A DNA stretch of 64,000 nt from IMG/VR virus record IMGVR_UViG_3300025133_000091, one strand, 5' to 3'. Every line of letters begins with the position of its first letter. Position 1 is the first letter of the stretch. This document shows, piece by piece, positions 38,627-49,391 of the stretch. This DNA is from an uncultured virus (IMG/VR IMGVR_UViG_3300025133_000091). Its lineage: Duplodnaviria; Heunggongvirae; Uroviricota; Caudoviricetes; Crassvirales. Both the position numbers and the translations under genes were made by a program. Under the pieces are notes generated by a model. That model had not been told where the DNA came from. It worked only from the letters and a program-made list of their open reading frames with translations, and made no database searches.

Positions 38627-41029
38627 TTACCTAGGGTCAAACACGCCTAAATTAAATCCTCCGCCTAGTATATCATTACCTGCGGACTCAAAGTTTTTAG
38701 GTGGTTTACCACTGTTTCTTTGATCTATAAGTTCGCTTTGTTGAGAAGCTTGTATTCTAGTCCTCTCATCTTTACGATCTTCCTTTTCTTTTTCTTTTGA
38801 TTTCTGCCCATCAACCTCAACACCTTTAAGCTGCATGTTCATCTCAAATTCTAATTGCATTAGCTCTTTTTTCATCTGAACCTCTTGCATCATTCTTTGA
38901 GATTCTAATTGAGCTTTAACTTGTTCTAACTGCGCTTGACTTTGTGTTAAGGCTTGGTTTTTTTGAACCTCTGATTGAGCAGCTGCTTGAGCCGCTTGTT
39001 GGTTCATTTGACTTTGCATCTGCATGTTTTGCTGCTGCAAAGCTTGGTCTTTGTCTAATTTTTTCTTTCTACGTATTTTAAGTAATTGGTTGGCTAGTTT
39101 GATGTTTTTAATTTCTCTAATATCAATAGCATCAGCTAGTTCAATTATTTGTTGCTGTAGAGCCATTTGAATGTTGTTCTCTAACATCATTCTCTCTTCT
39201 TCATCTGGTTGTAGGTCGATGAATATACCAAAGTCATATAAATGCAACTCACTAAGTTCTTCTAATACTGCCGCGTTATGAACACCAATAGCTTGTATGA
39301 AAGCATCTTTTGTAGGAGAGTATTCTATAATATCAGAAATTCTTAAAGATAATGCCTCACAAACCTCAGCTGTTAGGAATAATCCAGACTGTAATATATG
39401 TCTAGTCGCTGTGTTTGAATTTGCTGCTGCTAATTTTTGAACACCGACTAAAGCGTTTTTATCTGGCATACTACCGTCTCTAGCTTCGTTAAGTCCGGTT
39501 ACATCTCTTATCATTTGTAGGTAGTAGTTATAATTACCTATAAGAGCTTGCATTTTGTTTCCACCAGCTCCAGATGTAATTTCTTGAATAGGTACTTTAC
39601 CTGGGTTCATATCACCCTCAGAAGTAAATGATCTACCAATAACAGATCCTGTTTGGAAGAACATATTTAAAGCTTCTTGTGGGTTATAGTTTGTTCCATT
39701 ACCTAAATCTACTTCAGCTAAACCATCAGCATCTAAGTAAACACCATCGGGAACCATTCTTGACATTACCTGTTGTAGTTTAAGGTGTGTTAATTGAATC
39801 ATATCGGCAAATCCAGTTATACGCTTTACTAACGAATCAATTTTTCCATTGTACATTCTAGGCGCTACAATAGAATAGTTCATTTTAACTTTAGTAAAAT
39901 CACTTTTAGGGCGCATCATGTTTTTAGCCATCTCCCATTTAAGTAATTTTTCTGTACCTAAAATCATAGCGCCATCATACAAACACTCTATAGATCTCAG
40001 CATTTTACCAAAACCACCCTCCATATCTTCTGGTGGATTAAACGAATCGTCTTTAGGTATAATCTTATCCCCACCAGTTGCTGTTTCTTTGGTTTTATAA
40101 ACCTCATTCATATAAGTTTTATAATTAAAATATAAAACTTGGATTGTGTTTTCGTCCTCTTGGTGTCTAGAGGTTTTGTTAGAAGACTTGTTCTTCATTA
40201 TATCTTCAAGATCACCTTCAGATAAATGTGGGAATTGCTTTGCTAGCTCGTTAACAGGAATAGTTTTCACCTCTCCAACATAATATATATCTTCAAAGTA
40301 AGGTGAATCTGTGTGTGAGTAAACTAAGTTAACTGGATCAACGTAATCTACAACAACTCCTTCTGAAGTGTTAAATGACGTTTTTACCGCTCCTATACCT
40401 AAAACTGTAAGGTCATAATAAAATCGCTTTTTTGTAAGCTCATATCTATTACCTTCTAACAAGGTATTAAGAGCTTGTTCTTCCGCTATTTCAATAGATT
40501 GCTTGTATGTTAATTGCATATGAAGTTCCAACTCCTCATTACTCTCTGGAAGTTCTTCTATTTGACTATCTCTAACGTTTAAGTTTAACTCTCTTTTGAC
40601 AGCATCATTAAACTCTTTCAATCTCATATCTTTCAATATAGATTCCATGTAGGCGGTTCTTTTAGAAACTCCATGTGGATCTTGGGAATAAGCCTTTACA
40701 TCATAAGTTCTTTCGGCGATACCATTTACAACTATATCAACAAACTTGGATATAATTGGAACTGGTTTCCAGTCTAAATTTAAATAGGACAAATCACCGT
40801 TTATAGACAACTCATCCTTATATTTTTGTATAGACTGCTCGCCTCTAGCGTACAATCTTAAATTATGAAAATCATTATGATTAGCCCCATGTCTATTAGA
40901 ACCTCTATCGTTGTTAAACCACTCTTGTTCTATTGCTTTACCTACTTTTAAACCATATTCGTAGCTAAGCTTCTCAGCATCACTTACAGTTTGACTCGGG
41001 AAATAACTTTTAATGCCAGACTCTGCCAT
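38627..41029 (-). CDS. portal protein
   Basis: 800 aa directly after terminase; PIISKFVDIVVNG and DVTGLNEARDG motifs; Gln-rich coiled C-terminus. Confidence 0.8.
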   Translation of the reverse strand: MAESGIKSYFPSQTVSDAEKLSYEYGLKVGKAIEQEWFNNDRGSNRHGANHNDFHNLRLYARGEQSIQKYKDELSINGDLSYLNLDWKPVPIISKFVDIVVNGIAERTYDVKAYSQDPHGVSKRTAYMESILKDMRLKEFNDAVKRELNLNVRDSQIEELPESNEELELHMQLTYKQSIEIAEEQALNTLLEGNRYELTKKRFYYDLTVLGIGAVKTSFNTSEGVVVDYVDPVNLVYSHTDSPYFEDIYYVGEVKTIPVNELAKQFPHLSEGDLEDIMKNKSSNKTSRHQEDENTIQVLYFNYKTYMNEVYKTKETATGGDKIIPKDDSFNPPEDMEGGFGKMLRSIECLYDGAMILGTEKLLKWEMAKNMMRPKSDFTKVKMNYSIVAPRMYNGKIDSLVKRITGFADMIQLTHLKLQQVMSRMVPDGVYLDADGLAEVDLGNGTNYNPQEALNMFFQTGSVIGRSFTSEGDMNPGKVPIQEITSGAGGNKMQALIGNYNYYLQMIRDVTGLNEARDGSMPDKNALVGVQKLAAANSNTATRHILQSGLFLTAEVCEALSLRISDIIEYSPTKDAFIQAIGVHNAAVLEELSELHLYDFGIFIDLQPDEEERMMLENNIQMALQQQIIELADAIDIREIKNIKLANQLLKIRRKKKLDKDQALQQQNMQMQSQMNQQAAQAAAQSEVQKNQALTQSQAQLEQVKAQLESQRMMQEVQMKKELMQLEFEMNMQLKGVEVDGQKSKEKEKEDRKDERTRIQASQQSELIDQRNSGKPPKNFESAGNDILGGGFNLGVFDPR

Positions 41030-41034
41030 ATTTA

Positions 41035-43248
41035 TTATTTGATTATTTGTGAATTACTCCCAGTATTACTATACTTGGAAATGTTTATGTTTAGTGGTTG
41101 TTTTTCAACCTTAGCGTTTGGCGCATATAAATGTCTGTTGTTTGCCATAATAGCTAAACCAGAACTTATTGACGCATCATGCTTTGTTCTTTTGTTTATA
41201 TCAAACTTTGCCCAATCATTTAGTAGTTCATTGAAATATAAATCACCGAACGTTCCATCTTGCTTCATTCCAATGTGATCTTGTATATACATCTCAATTG
41301 CCGCTGCATGAGCTTGTTTAATGTCTTCTGAGGAATTTGGTATTCCTCCAACTTCTTTTTCTGCTACAGATAATTTGTTCCATATCTTATCAGGTCTGTT
41401 CATACTAAACCCTCTATACCCTCTACGTCTCAGATAATATAAGAGACGAGGTTTATTGTTCTCTGCGAGTATAGGCATCCCGTAAAATACTAAAGCCATT
41501 AGAACGTCCTCAAAGAACATCTCAGCTGTTGGTGGTCTTGATAAGTATTCTAAAAAGAAACTATTAGCTGGAGCATCCTCCATGCTAAACCTAGTTAAAC
41601 CGTGTAAAGCTCCTTTCGATCCAACTCCATCTACCGTCCCTGATATATCGTAACTATCACAACCAAAGGCTCCCATGTGTTCATTACCTGGGTATTTAAT
41701 ACCATTTTTAAGCACTACTTTGTTTTGGAGCTGTTGAGGTGGAACCCAACTAACTTTAAACCTGCCTTTTGGATCTGGGTAAAATATAACTTGTGAATCT
41801 TTTATACCATTCACCCATTGAAAATTACCCGTTGTGATTCCTAGAGTTCTAGTCATCTCCTCGTTGTAATCTATCTGTTCATATATTTTAACCAAGTTAA
41901 ATATACTGTTTTTAGTTTCATCTCTAAACGCGTGCTCTGTAGTTCTAGGAAACTGGCGGTAAAATTCGTTCAAAGCATCTTGATCGTCCTTTAAGCCATC
42001 AACTTCGTTCTGCCAACTATCTATTACACCTAAATCTATTAATTCACCGTCTGGTGCGAATCTGTCGATATCAGGAGTAGTAAAGACTGGAATTCCATGT
42101 TCATCAATAAATCCTTCATAGTTCCATTCCATTGGGATAAAAAGAGAGTATAAGCCAGACTTTGTCTGACCATTTCTATTTCGTTTCGTGACATCTGAGG
42201 CATTGTATAGTTTTTTAAAATTCTCTCCACCTTTATCTAAAGCATTTGAAGTTGAGCCCATCATACATTTACCAATAATTCTACTACCTAATCGTAAACA
42301 TGTTTTTGTAACCCTCCAGTTATTTAAAATATTATCAGGTCTTTCCCATTTACCACTTTCATCATGTACTAGTAGCGCTAGTTTCTCACCGTCATAACTA
42401 TTGTCTCCAGTGTTTTTCCAGTCAATCGTCGTGTCCAAACCTTCAATTTCCTCCATTCCATCTGTGGCTGACATTTTTTTCCTTGTAAACTTGCTAGCAG
42501 GTACTCTATAAGCAAGTTCAGATTTAGGACGATCCATACCATCTTGGATAGGTTTAAAAAAGAATGGATAATTAATCGATATAGGAACAACTTTATCCGT
42601 GAACATTTTTTTTGCATCTGATCCAGTTTTAGATAATATACCATATCTACTATCACTCGCAAGAGTGGCTAAATTAACTGTTTCTGCTGACGACATGAAA
42701 GAAAATCCAGAACGTCTATTTTTGAGGTAGCACATCCCGTAACATCTCTTATCTGCTTTACAGGCTTCCCAGAATATATAGAATAATCTATTTGCTTCTC
42801 TAAAGTCTGCAGCACCCACGTCTATCTTGCTCCATTGCAAATACATATAATGCGTACCTGTTATCCAGGTTGGTTTACCATTATTTGTGAACCAGAATCC
42901 TTCTTCCCTTCTTTTGAATTCCTCGTCTATATAATCGTACCATTTTTCTTTACTGCTTTCCGGATAGTTTCTCCAATCGAATATATTTTTAATTCTTTGC
43001 AACTCCTTGGGATACTCGAATTTCACCCATTTGTTCTTCGGATCTTTGTATACTTCTTTGGGAGCTTTTGGTAGCGCAATAACTAGTCCTTGTATTTCAA
43101 TTATCTCACCTATCTGCCCGTTGTGAGATAACACTATAATATCATGTTCTTTATCGTAACCGTATTTCCATTTCTTACCTTTGTTAAGTCTACTGATAGT
43201 AGTCTTTTTTACAGGTTCAACTGTCTTAACTAAACTTTGCTCGTACAT
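41035..43248 (-). CDS. terL: terminase large subunit
   Basis: Walker A KNRRSGFS, Walker B LLVHDESGK, coupling motif GST, nuclease FGCDSYD..AENN..HDASIS. Confidence 0.9.
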   Translation of the reverse strand: MYEQSLVKTVEPVKKTTISRLNKGKKWKYGYDKEHDIIVLSHNGQIGEIIEIQGLVIALPKAPKEVYKDPKNKWVKFEYPKELQRIKNIFDWRNYPESSKEKWYDYIDEEFKRREEGFWFTNNGKPTWITGTHYMYLQWSKIDVGAADFREANRLFYIFWEACKADKRCYGMCYLKNRRSGFSFMSSAETVNLATLASDSRYGILSKTGSDAKKMFTDKVVPISINYPFFFKPIQDGMDRPKSELAYRVPASKFTRKKMSATDGMEEIEGLDTTIDWKNTGDNSYDGEKLALLVHDESGKWERPDNILNNWRVTKTCLRLGSRIIGKCMMGSTSNALDKGGENFKKLYNASDVTKRNRNGQTKSGLYSLFIPMEWNYEGFIDEHGIPVFTTPDIDRFAPDGELIDLGVIDSWQNEVDGLKDDQDALNEFYRQFPRTTEHAFRDETKNSIFNLVKIYEQIDYNEEMTRTLGITTGNFQWVNGIKDSQVIFYPDPKGRFKVSWVPPQQLQNKVVLKNGIKYPGNEHMGAFGCDSYDISGTVDGVGSKGALHGLTRFSMEDAPANSFFLEYLSRPPTAEMFFEDVLMALVFYGMPILAENNKPRLLYYLRRRGYRGFSMNRPDKIWNKLSVAEKEVGGIPNSSEDIKQAHAAAIEMYIQDHIGMKQDGTFGDLYFNELLNDWAKFDINKRTKHDASISSGLAIMANNRHLYAPNAKVEKQPLNINISKYSNTGSNSQIIK

Positions 43249-43526
43249 TATTTAGATCTACTTTCCGCGAATCCTTTAAAAGTTTTTTCCTTTGTCTCTT
43301 CAGGTGTCTTTCCATCAAGCAGGTTTTCTTCTTCTTCAATTCTGTTAAGTATCTCAAATGCGTCAAATATAGCTAATTTTTTAGAAGCCGCGGCGTTCTT
43401 TAACTTATCAGCTGTTAAATCATCTTCAGAATCAGTAACAATAGCTTCTTCACCTACTTTAATAAGTTCTTCAACTGCTTTGTGCCCAGCTTGGATTATA
43501 CGTTTCTTCGTTTCCTTGATGTTCAT
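43248..43526 (-). CDS. putative terminase small subunit
   Basis: Small helical ORF coupled to terL; likely start ATG 43526. Confidence 0.45.
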   Translation of the reverse strand: MNIKETKKRIIQAGHKAVEELIKVGEEAIVTDSEDDLTADKLKNAAASKKLAIFDAFEILNRIEEEENLLDGKTPEETKEKTFKGFAESRSK

Positions 43527-44061
43527 ATTTGATTGTAATAAAATTAGATAAAACTCGAAATAGTCTCTCGCCATCAACGATAAACTCATATTCACTACTT
43601 GGTCTATAACCAACTAGATCGCCAACCTCAACTGTACCGTCAGAATATTTAACAATACCTTGTAAAGGTTTTTCAGATTTAGTGTTAAACTGATCCGTAG
43701 CTTTCAAAGGTATTACAAAGCAATATCCTTTTGGAGCTATCCACTTGTCATTTCTTTTATATAAAAAGATTTGATCGTCGTTTATAAAATAAGTGTCTTC
43801 GTCGAAGTAAGCCCTACTATTCTTCTCAACACCCTTTACGTTATGCCATCTACGAAATACATTGTGATGAACTACAACTGTATCCCCTGGTTTTATATCT
43901 GTATCACCAATAATTGGAGTCGATACAACCTCTGCTTCTCTATTAACGTATTGATGATTGAATATCTCCGTGTTAAGGATCAACTCTCCACCATCTAGTT
44001 TTTTAGTATTGTTATATCTTTCTCCTTTTGGTTTTACAACAAAGTTGTAAACGCTTTTCAT
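43471..44061 (-). CDS. GroES-like protein with two tandem GroES-fold halves
   Basis: FVVKP..AEVVS..IKPGDTVVV and CFVIP..GIVKY..VEVGDLVGY. Confidence 0.55.
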   Translation of the reverse strand: MKSVYNFVVKPKGERYNNTKKLDGGELILNTEIFNHQYVNREAEVVSTPIIGDTDIKPGDTVVVHHNVFRRWHNVKGVEKNSRAYFDEDTYFINDDQIFLYKRNDKWIAPKGYCFVIPLKATDQFNTKSEKPLQGIVKYSDGTVEVGDLVGYRPSSEYEFIVDGERLFRVLSNFITIKYEHQGNEETYNPSWAQSS

Positions 44062-44282
44062 TAGTATTGTAGATTATATTCTACAGATACAGCCATATTC
44101 TTATTAAAGTCTTTCCAAGGTAAAACGTCTTTATTTTTTTTGATATAGACAGAGAACTTATCGTCTTCTTCTATAATGTCGCAGATAGTATGACCACCAT
44201 ACACTTCTTGCCCCACGGCATAGTGCATAGCGTCATTCTTATAATCTTTACCGATACTTATCTTACGAATCAGCTTCGACAT
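44061..44282 (-). CDS. hypothetical protein
   Basis: 73-aa coupled ORF. Confidence 0.55.
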   Translation of the reverse strand: MSKLIRKISIGKDYKNDAMHYAVGQEVYGGHTICDIIEEDDKFSVYIKKNKDVLPWKDFNKNMAVSVEYNLQY

Positions 44283-44553
44283 CGTCTCCGTAGTTTATTG
44301 TACCATCTTGGATGTTGATATCAAAAGTACCGTACTCCTTCTCAAACTCACCTTGTAATAAAGTTAGTTCATCTCTTAATCCAGCAACACCATGCATCAT
44401 TTCGTGTTTTCTTAGTTCTAAAGAACCAACCTCTAGTTGAGCTCTATTAATACCGTTTACTGTATCTTGAACTTTTTTTAATTGTTCGTTAGTAATTTTC
44501 TCAGCCTTAGGCTTTAAGTCTACTACTTTTTCCATTTTTTTTGTTTTTGCCAT
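44263..44553 (-). CDS. hypothetical coiled-coil protein
   Basis: 96 aa with an AATTAAATTAAAT leader. Confidence 0.55.
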   Translation of the reverse strand: MAKTKKMEKVVDLKPKAEKITNEQLKKVQDTVNGINRAQLEVGSLELRKHEMMHGVAGLRDELTLLQGEFEKEYGTFDINIQDGTINYGDDVEADS

Positions 44554-44609
44554 TTTATTTAATTTAATTTAATTATTGAAGTTAGTATCTCTAACTTTTG
44601 TTTTTAGTT

Positions 44610-47156
44610 TTATGACCAAGCTGCTTTAGCTGCTGCTTGCTCTCTATATTGTATTGCAACGCCTAATAAATGTGCGTCTTCATTTAAATCGTCTTGAGCG
44701 TGGTTTGCAACTCTTTGGAATCTAAAGTAAACTAACTCATCTGCACCAGCGGTGGCGTTAGAAATTGTTACGTCACTTGATGCTCCTGATACGTGTAACG
44801 CATTAGGGCCAGCAGAAAGAACATCATCAGCTGTAAGTGAAATTGTTGTGCCCCAAGCATCTAATTCATATCCATTGCTGAGTGACTGACCATCAATAGC
44901 CCACACAACACTATGGGAGGTAGTTGTTGAAGCCGCTGGTTTCCAGTAAAATTTAGCTTTAATCACACCGCCATCCCATTGTTCTGGCATGATAGTTTTA
45001 ATCTGAGCATACTCTATTGTACTAGCATCAAACGCTAGATATTTATTCATGATATCGTAGGTACCAGCAGTTTCAGACGTGCCAGCAGCGGCGCCATTAG
45101 TGGTTTGCGGAACCATTTCGCTAGCATCAAACCAAAGTGTTCTGTAGTTTAAACCAGTAATAGGACCAGCTGTTGAACTTATTGCCCCGTCGGTAGTAAT
45201 AACACCAGCGGTTGTTATAGTTGTTCCAGTGGAACCAGTACCACCACCAAAAGTAGCAGCGTTTGTACAAACAATATTGTCAGCTGTTAAAGCTGCGGTT
45301 GTTTCTAAAGCTCCAGTTACATTTGTTGCTCCCTCTAATTCGATACTACTATCAGCGTCTAAAGTCACTACAGCACCATCTATGTCTACGTTAGCCGCGG
45401 AAGTTATAGTGACTGCTCCATCAGCATTTATATCCCAAGCAATACAATTGTTAACAATATTTCCATCAGCAGTTAATGTTAAATGAGCGTTAGCACCATC
45501 GTCATCTACTGTTGTTAATGTAGTGGCTCCGTTTGCAACTGTTCCTATAGAGAAATAGTCACCAGTATCTGCCGAGCTAACTATCTGTATGTCTTTTGCG
45601 TTAGAGTCTCTAGTGTTTAAATATAGTCCCGCTCCACCATTTAAAGCAGAAGCAGCAATATCAACAACATTAGCAGATGTATTTGCAGCGTCTATATCCA
45701 AAGCTATTTGGCCCACAGTGTTATTATCAACGAGTAGAGCAGGCGTTGCTGCTGTGTTCTCTATCTCCACACCTCCACCTGAAGTAAATTTTGTTAAACC
45801 ACCGGATTCTACGTTTATTAACCCAGCAGAATCTAAAACTATATTATTAGCCGCTTCTAACTCAACATCATTAGCGGCGTCTATAACCACATCTGTAGCT
45901 ACTATCTCTAAATCATTATCACTCGGGGAGTTTATATAAGAGTTAGTGTCTCTAAAATAAAGCTTATCACTACCGTCAATTGTTTTTTCTCCAGTAATGG
46001 TTTGAGCAACACTTAAGTGCATTGTGTCTGCGTCTAAAAAACCACTAGTTATAATGCCTCCTTCCCAACCAGCGTTTGATATCATCCCATTAGCATCTAT
46101 ATCTATACTCGTTGAAGAAAGTGAAAAATCACCATCAACAATAAAAGAAAGGTGGGCGTTGTCAGCGGCCGCGTCAACAGTTGTTAAGGTTGTAGCACCA
46201 TTAGCTGTAGTTGCGAGTGTGCAAAAGTCAGCAGTGTCATCTGAACTAACTATTTTAATATCCTTCGCGTTTGAATCTCTTGTGTTTAAGTACAACCCAG
46301 CTCCACCATTTAAAGCAGAGGCAGAAACGTCGATAACGTTACCTGTTGTGTTAGCGGCATCTATATCTAAAGCCACTTGATTTACGGTATCGTTGTCAAT
46401 AAGCAATGCGGCAGCTGAAGCAGTGTTCTCTATTTCAACCCCAGAACCTGAAGTGAATTTTGTTAATCCAGTAGAATCTATATTTATTAAAGCTGATGAA
46501 TCTAGAGTTATATTGACACCATCTACATCTACATTTCCATCCGCCACCAAAGCAAGGTGTGCAGCCGCAGCGTCATCATCTACAGTGGTTAATGTCGTTG
46601 CACCATGTGTTGTTGTAGCTATAGTAAACTTATCACCCGTGTCACTGGTATCTTGTAGTTCAACAGTCGGACCGTCAACATATACAGATGTGTCTATCTT
46701 CACGTTGTTTCCCGCGACTGGTTCTAATCTTACTTGTCCCTCAGCATCTAAAATAATATTTCCATCAGCAGCTACTCTAAAATGAGCTGCAGCACCGTCA
46801 TCGTCTACCGTTGTTATAGTTGTTGCCCCGTTTGTAGAGGTTCCAACAGAACAATAATCACCTGTGTCGACCGAACTAACCATTAGAATGTCTTTTTGAC
46901 CATCAGCTGTGTTTAAAAACAAACCAGCTCCTCCGTTTAAACTTGTCGCTCTAACGTTTATTACGTTTGATGTAGTGTTACTAGCGTTGATGTCTAGTGC
47001 TATTTGATCAACGTCAAGATTCGCTAGAGTTAATGCCGTTGCCCCACCATCGGTTGGGTTTTCTAAAAAAAGCTGTCCCCAACTTTTCGCCGCTGTTCCT
47101 AATGTCCCTTGTTGATCTGCTCTAGGGACTATACTTTTTGTATCGCTTAATGCCAT
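44610..47156 (-). CDS. tail fibre/spike protein with internal repeats
   Basis: Three copies of LNGGAGL(F/Y)LNT..KDI..VSS.DT.D..NGATT.TTVD; rich in Thr, Ala and Asp. Confidence 0.65.
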   Translation of the reverse strand: MALSDTKSIVPRADQQGTLGTAAKSWGQLFLENPTDGGATALTLANLDVDQIALDINASNTTSNVINVRATSLNGGAGLFLNTADGQKDILMVSSVDTGDYCSVGTSTNGATTITTVDDDGAAAHFRVAADGNIILDAEGQVRLEPVAGNNVKIDTSVYVDGPTVELQDTSDTGDKFTIATTTHGATTLTTVDDDAAAAHLALVADGNVDVDGVNITLDSSALINIDSTGLTKFTSGSGVEIENTASAAALLIDNDTVNQVALDIDAANTTGNVIDVSASALNGGAGLYLNTRDSNAKDIKIVSSDDTADFCTLATTANGATTLTTVDAAADNAHLSFIVDGDFSLSSTSIDIDANGMISNAGWEGGIITSGFLDADTMHLSVAQTITGEKTIDGSDKLYFRDTNSYINSPSDNDLEIVATDVVIDAANDVELEAANNIVLDSAGLINVESGGLTKFTSGGGVEIENTAATPALLVDNNTVGQIALDIDAANTSANVVDIAASALNGGAGLYLNTRDSNAKDIQIVSSADTGDYFSIGTVANGATTLTTVDDDGANAHLTLTADGNIVNNCIAWDINADGAVTITSAANVDIDGAVVTLDADSSIELEGATNVTGALETTAALTADNIVCTNAATFGGGTGSTGTTITTAGVITTDGAISSTAGPITGLNYRTLWFDASEMVPQTTNGAAAGTSETAGTYDIMNKYLAFDASTIEYAQIKTIMPEQWDGGVIKAKFYWKPAASTTTSHSVVWAIDGQSLSNGYELDAWGTTISLTADDVLSAGPNALHVSGASSDVTISNATAGADELVYFRFQRVANHAQDDLNEDAHLLGVAIQYREQAAAKAAWS

Positions 47157-47176
47157 GTTTTTTTAATTTTTTTTAT

Positions 47177-47443
47177 TTATGCTTTTGGTATAATATCTCC
47201 ATTCCCATCTACGTCAAACCAACCTTCTTCGTTTGGTGTTGATGCTGGTATTATATTGCTATCACCATCTAAATCCCAAATATCATTGTTATCAACAAAA
47301 GAATATTTTGGTTGTAAGTTTTGGTCACCATCTTCCTCAAAAAAGAAATCATCACTAAGCGCCGCGGTGAACCCACCAGCCCCACCAGCAGAACCAATAC
47401 TCTCTACTACTCCAGAAATTCCTAATCCTATACCAGGTGCCAT
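47177..47443 (-). CDS. small structural protein with three DG(D/N)-containing repeats
   Basis: EEDGDQNLQP, DLDGDSNIIP, DVDGNGDIIP. Likely start ATG 47443. Confidence 0.5.
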   Translation of the reverse strand: MAPGIGLGISGVVESIGSAGGAGGFTAALSDDFFFEEDGDQNLQPKYSFVDNNDIWDLDGDSNIIPASTPNEEGWFDVDGNGDIIPKA

Positions 47444-47808
47444 TACCTTGCGTCTGCTAAATACAACAGCACTGAACCTGCTCCTAAATCTACTTTTGTC
47501 CACCTGCCAACTAAAGAAATACCGGCCTTGAAAGTTGTAGCTGTAGCTATAGGATCTGCGTTTGTACCATTAGCACCAACTACTGATGTTCCTACATAAG
47601 CTGTTGAGCCATTGATATCAGCTCCCGTTGTACCATCTAAGTAACCAGCGGTGTCAGGAACTAGTTCTGCGAATTTAGTTGTGTCAGTTAAGACTGTTAT
47701 TGCTACTATTACTTTTCCTGCTGGCGGTTCGTAAGCGTCGGTATCAGCCAAATATGCACTACCCATTTGCCCAAAGCCGTAAGCTACTTCTGTTGAATTT
47801 ATTCCCAT
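47443..47808 (-). CDS. putative structural protein
   Basis: 121 aa, beta-rich. Confidence 0.5.
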   Translation of the reverse strand: MGINSTEVAYGFGQMGSAYLADTDAYEPPAGKVIVAITVLTDTTKFAELVPDTAGYLDGTTGADINGSTAYVGTSVVGANGTNADPIATATTFKAGISLVGRWTKVDLGAGSVLLYLADAR

Positions 47809-47809
47809 T

Positions 47810-48202
47810 TTATTTTTTTACTTTTTCTAATGATCGTCCGCCAAAATAAGCACCGATCACGGTTATTAATACTATTTGTAGTAAGTCTGTCCATTTAGGT
47901 TCGACTATAAATTTTATTGTTCCAGCATCAATGAATATCATTAAAACTGTGGATACTACCAAGAAAGCTAAAACCAACGGTCTTATGTTCTTAGCTAACC
48001 ATGAATCAGACTTCATATCAGCCTCCCATCGAGATGTAATTTGCTTTTCCATCTCTACTTCATAATCACTTATAAGTTGCTTGATTTTAAGCTCAGCAGC
48101 AAGTTTTTCTTCTTTTGATGTGTGTAGGTTATCTATAATCCCACCTACGCCTTTAACGAGTTCAGTTGCTCCAGAAGAAAATATGTTTGATAATATACTC
48201 AT
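47810..48202 (-). CDS. holin (3TM, GTA-type)
   Basis: RWEADMKSDSWLAKNIRP..TM..GAYFGGRSLEK. Confidence 0.8.
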   Translation of the reverse strand: MSILSNIFSSGATELVKGVGGIIDNLHTSKEEKLAAELKIKQLISDYEVEMEKQITSRWEADMKSDSWLAKNIRPLVLAFLVVSTVLMIFIDAGTIKFIVEPKWTDLLQIVLITVIGAYFGGRSLEKVKK

Positions 48203-48205
48203 AAT

Positions 48206-48628
48206 TTAATGATTTCCGTTATTTGCGTCGTCCTCCCAAGGAAAACCAGTGTCTCCAGCTTCTTTCCACTCTCCATCTACCAATATAGAATCTATACCAT
48301 CTATATCAGTTCTTTCAAACCTCTCACCATTATACATAACATGATCGTCATCATAAGCCAACTTACCAATCTTCATATCGGTAGCATGTCTCATTTCGTG
48401 ATTAATCGTTTGTCTGTATTCAGGACTATTAGGATCTAGTAATTCATTCACGTATATACTTCCATCCATATTAGCTTCACCCATAATACCTTCTTCTAAA
48501 GGCATAGGTATAATAGGTGTTCCAGGAATAGACTCTATACCACTAGGTTGTCTACCAAAACTTAACTTAGTCTTGATTTCACCGTTAGTAGCTTCTAATC
48601 CTCTTTCTTTACCTAGTTTAAATCCCAT
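48206..48628 (-). CDS. zincin-like metallopeptidase
   Basis: INHEMRH (HEXXH) and a downstream PWE motif. Confidence 0.55.
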   Translation of the reverse strand: MGFKLGKERGLEATNGEIKTKLSFGRQPSGIESIPGTPIIPMPLEEGIMGEANMDGSIYVNELLDPNSPEYRQTINHEMRHATDMKIGKLAYDDDHVMYNGERFERTDIDGIDSILVDGEWKEAGDTGFPWEDDANNGNH

Positions 48629-48630
48629 AT

Positions 48631-48942
48631 TTAATCAACTATTGGACCAACTGGTTTTTTATACGGGGGTTTCATCTTTATATCAGATCTCACTGTGGCA
48701 AAGTTTGTTCCAACTTTTCTCTTTAATTTTGTCACCTTAGCCATCATTTCTCCTTTTGGCGGCGCCCAAATATTTGTGCCTTTTGTTTTTGTCCAACCTG
48801 GTCCAGGTGAAGTTTTAGAGACTACTTCTCCCTTATCTGCTAATGGAGAGTTTCCAAAATCCATTCCTTTCATTTTGAAACCAGATCTTTTTTGCAATGG
48901 ATTGTCTCCGTAATCTTTTTGTGTTGATTTTGAATATGGCAT
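48631..48942 (-). CDS. basic low-complexity hypothetical protein
   Basis: SGFKMKG motif shared with neighbouring ORFs. Confidence 0.5.
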   Translation of the reverse strand: MPYSKSTQKDYGDNPLQKRSGFKMKGMDFGNSPLADKGEVVSKTSPGPGWTKTKGTNIWAPPKGEMMAKVTKLKRKVGTNFATVRSDIKMKPPYKKPVGPIVD

Positions 48943-48943
48943 G

Positions 48944-49384
48944 TTATCTATCTTTATCTTTAATCATATCATCTATAGCTTTATTGTAAACTTTATCTGT
49001 ATATGATTTGTTATTGTAGAATACACTTCTATCTGAAGTGGGTAAGTCTTCCTCACCTAATAGGATTCTATATATCCTACTTATTATTTGTGAACATTTA
49101 AATGAAGTTTTAAATACAGAGTATTTTATCGTTGTACGATTTCTTTGTCTCCAAACCTCTATCCACCCTTCTTTTCTAAGTCTCTCCCAACGGTTCTTAT
49201 CCCAACTCATGGTATAAACTCCATCTATAAACTCTTGTCGTGTAAATCTTTTTTTACAATCTAAATAAATTAATAGTTCTAAATCTGCGTCTGTTAACCC
49301 GTAAGTTTTACAGACCCACTTTCTAGTGAGCCTGTAATACTTAAGGATATTCATTTCACGCAAATCTTGCGCGGTTAGTCTCAT
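48944..49384 (-). CDS. winged-helix-like DNA-binding protein
   Basis: YGLTDADLELLIYL..RLRKEGWIEV resembles a MarR-like wHTH. Confidence 0.5.
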   Translation of the reverse strand: MRLTAQDLREMNILKYYRLTRKWVCKTYGLTDADLELLIYLDCKKRFTRQEFIDGVYTMSWDKNRWERLRKEGWIEVWRQRNRTTIKYSVFKTSFKCSQIISRIYRILLGEEDLPTSDRSVFYNNKSYTDKVYNKAIDDMIKDKDR

Positions 49385-49391
49385 TCAAGAT

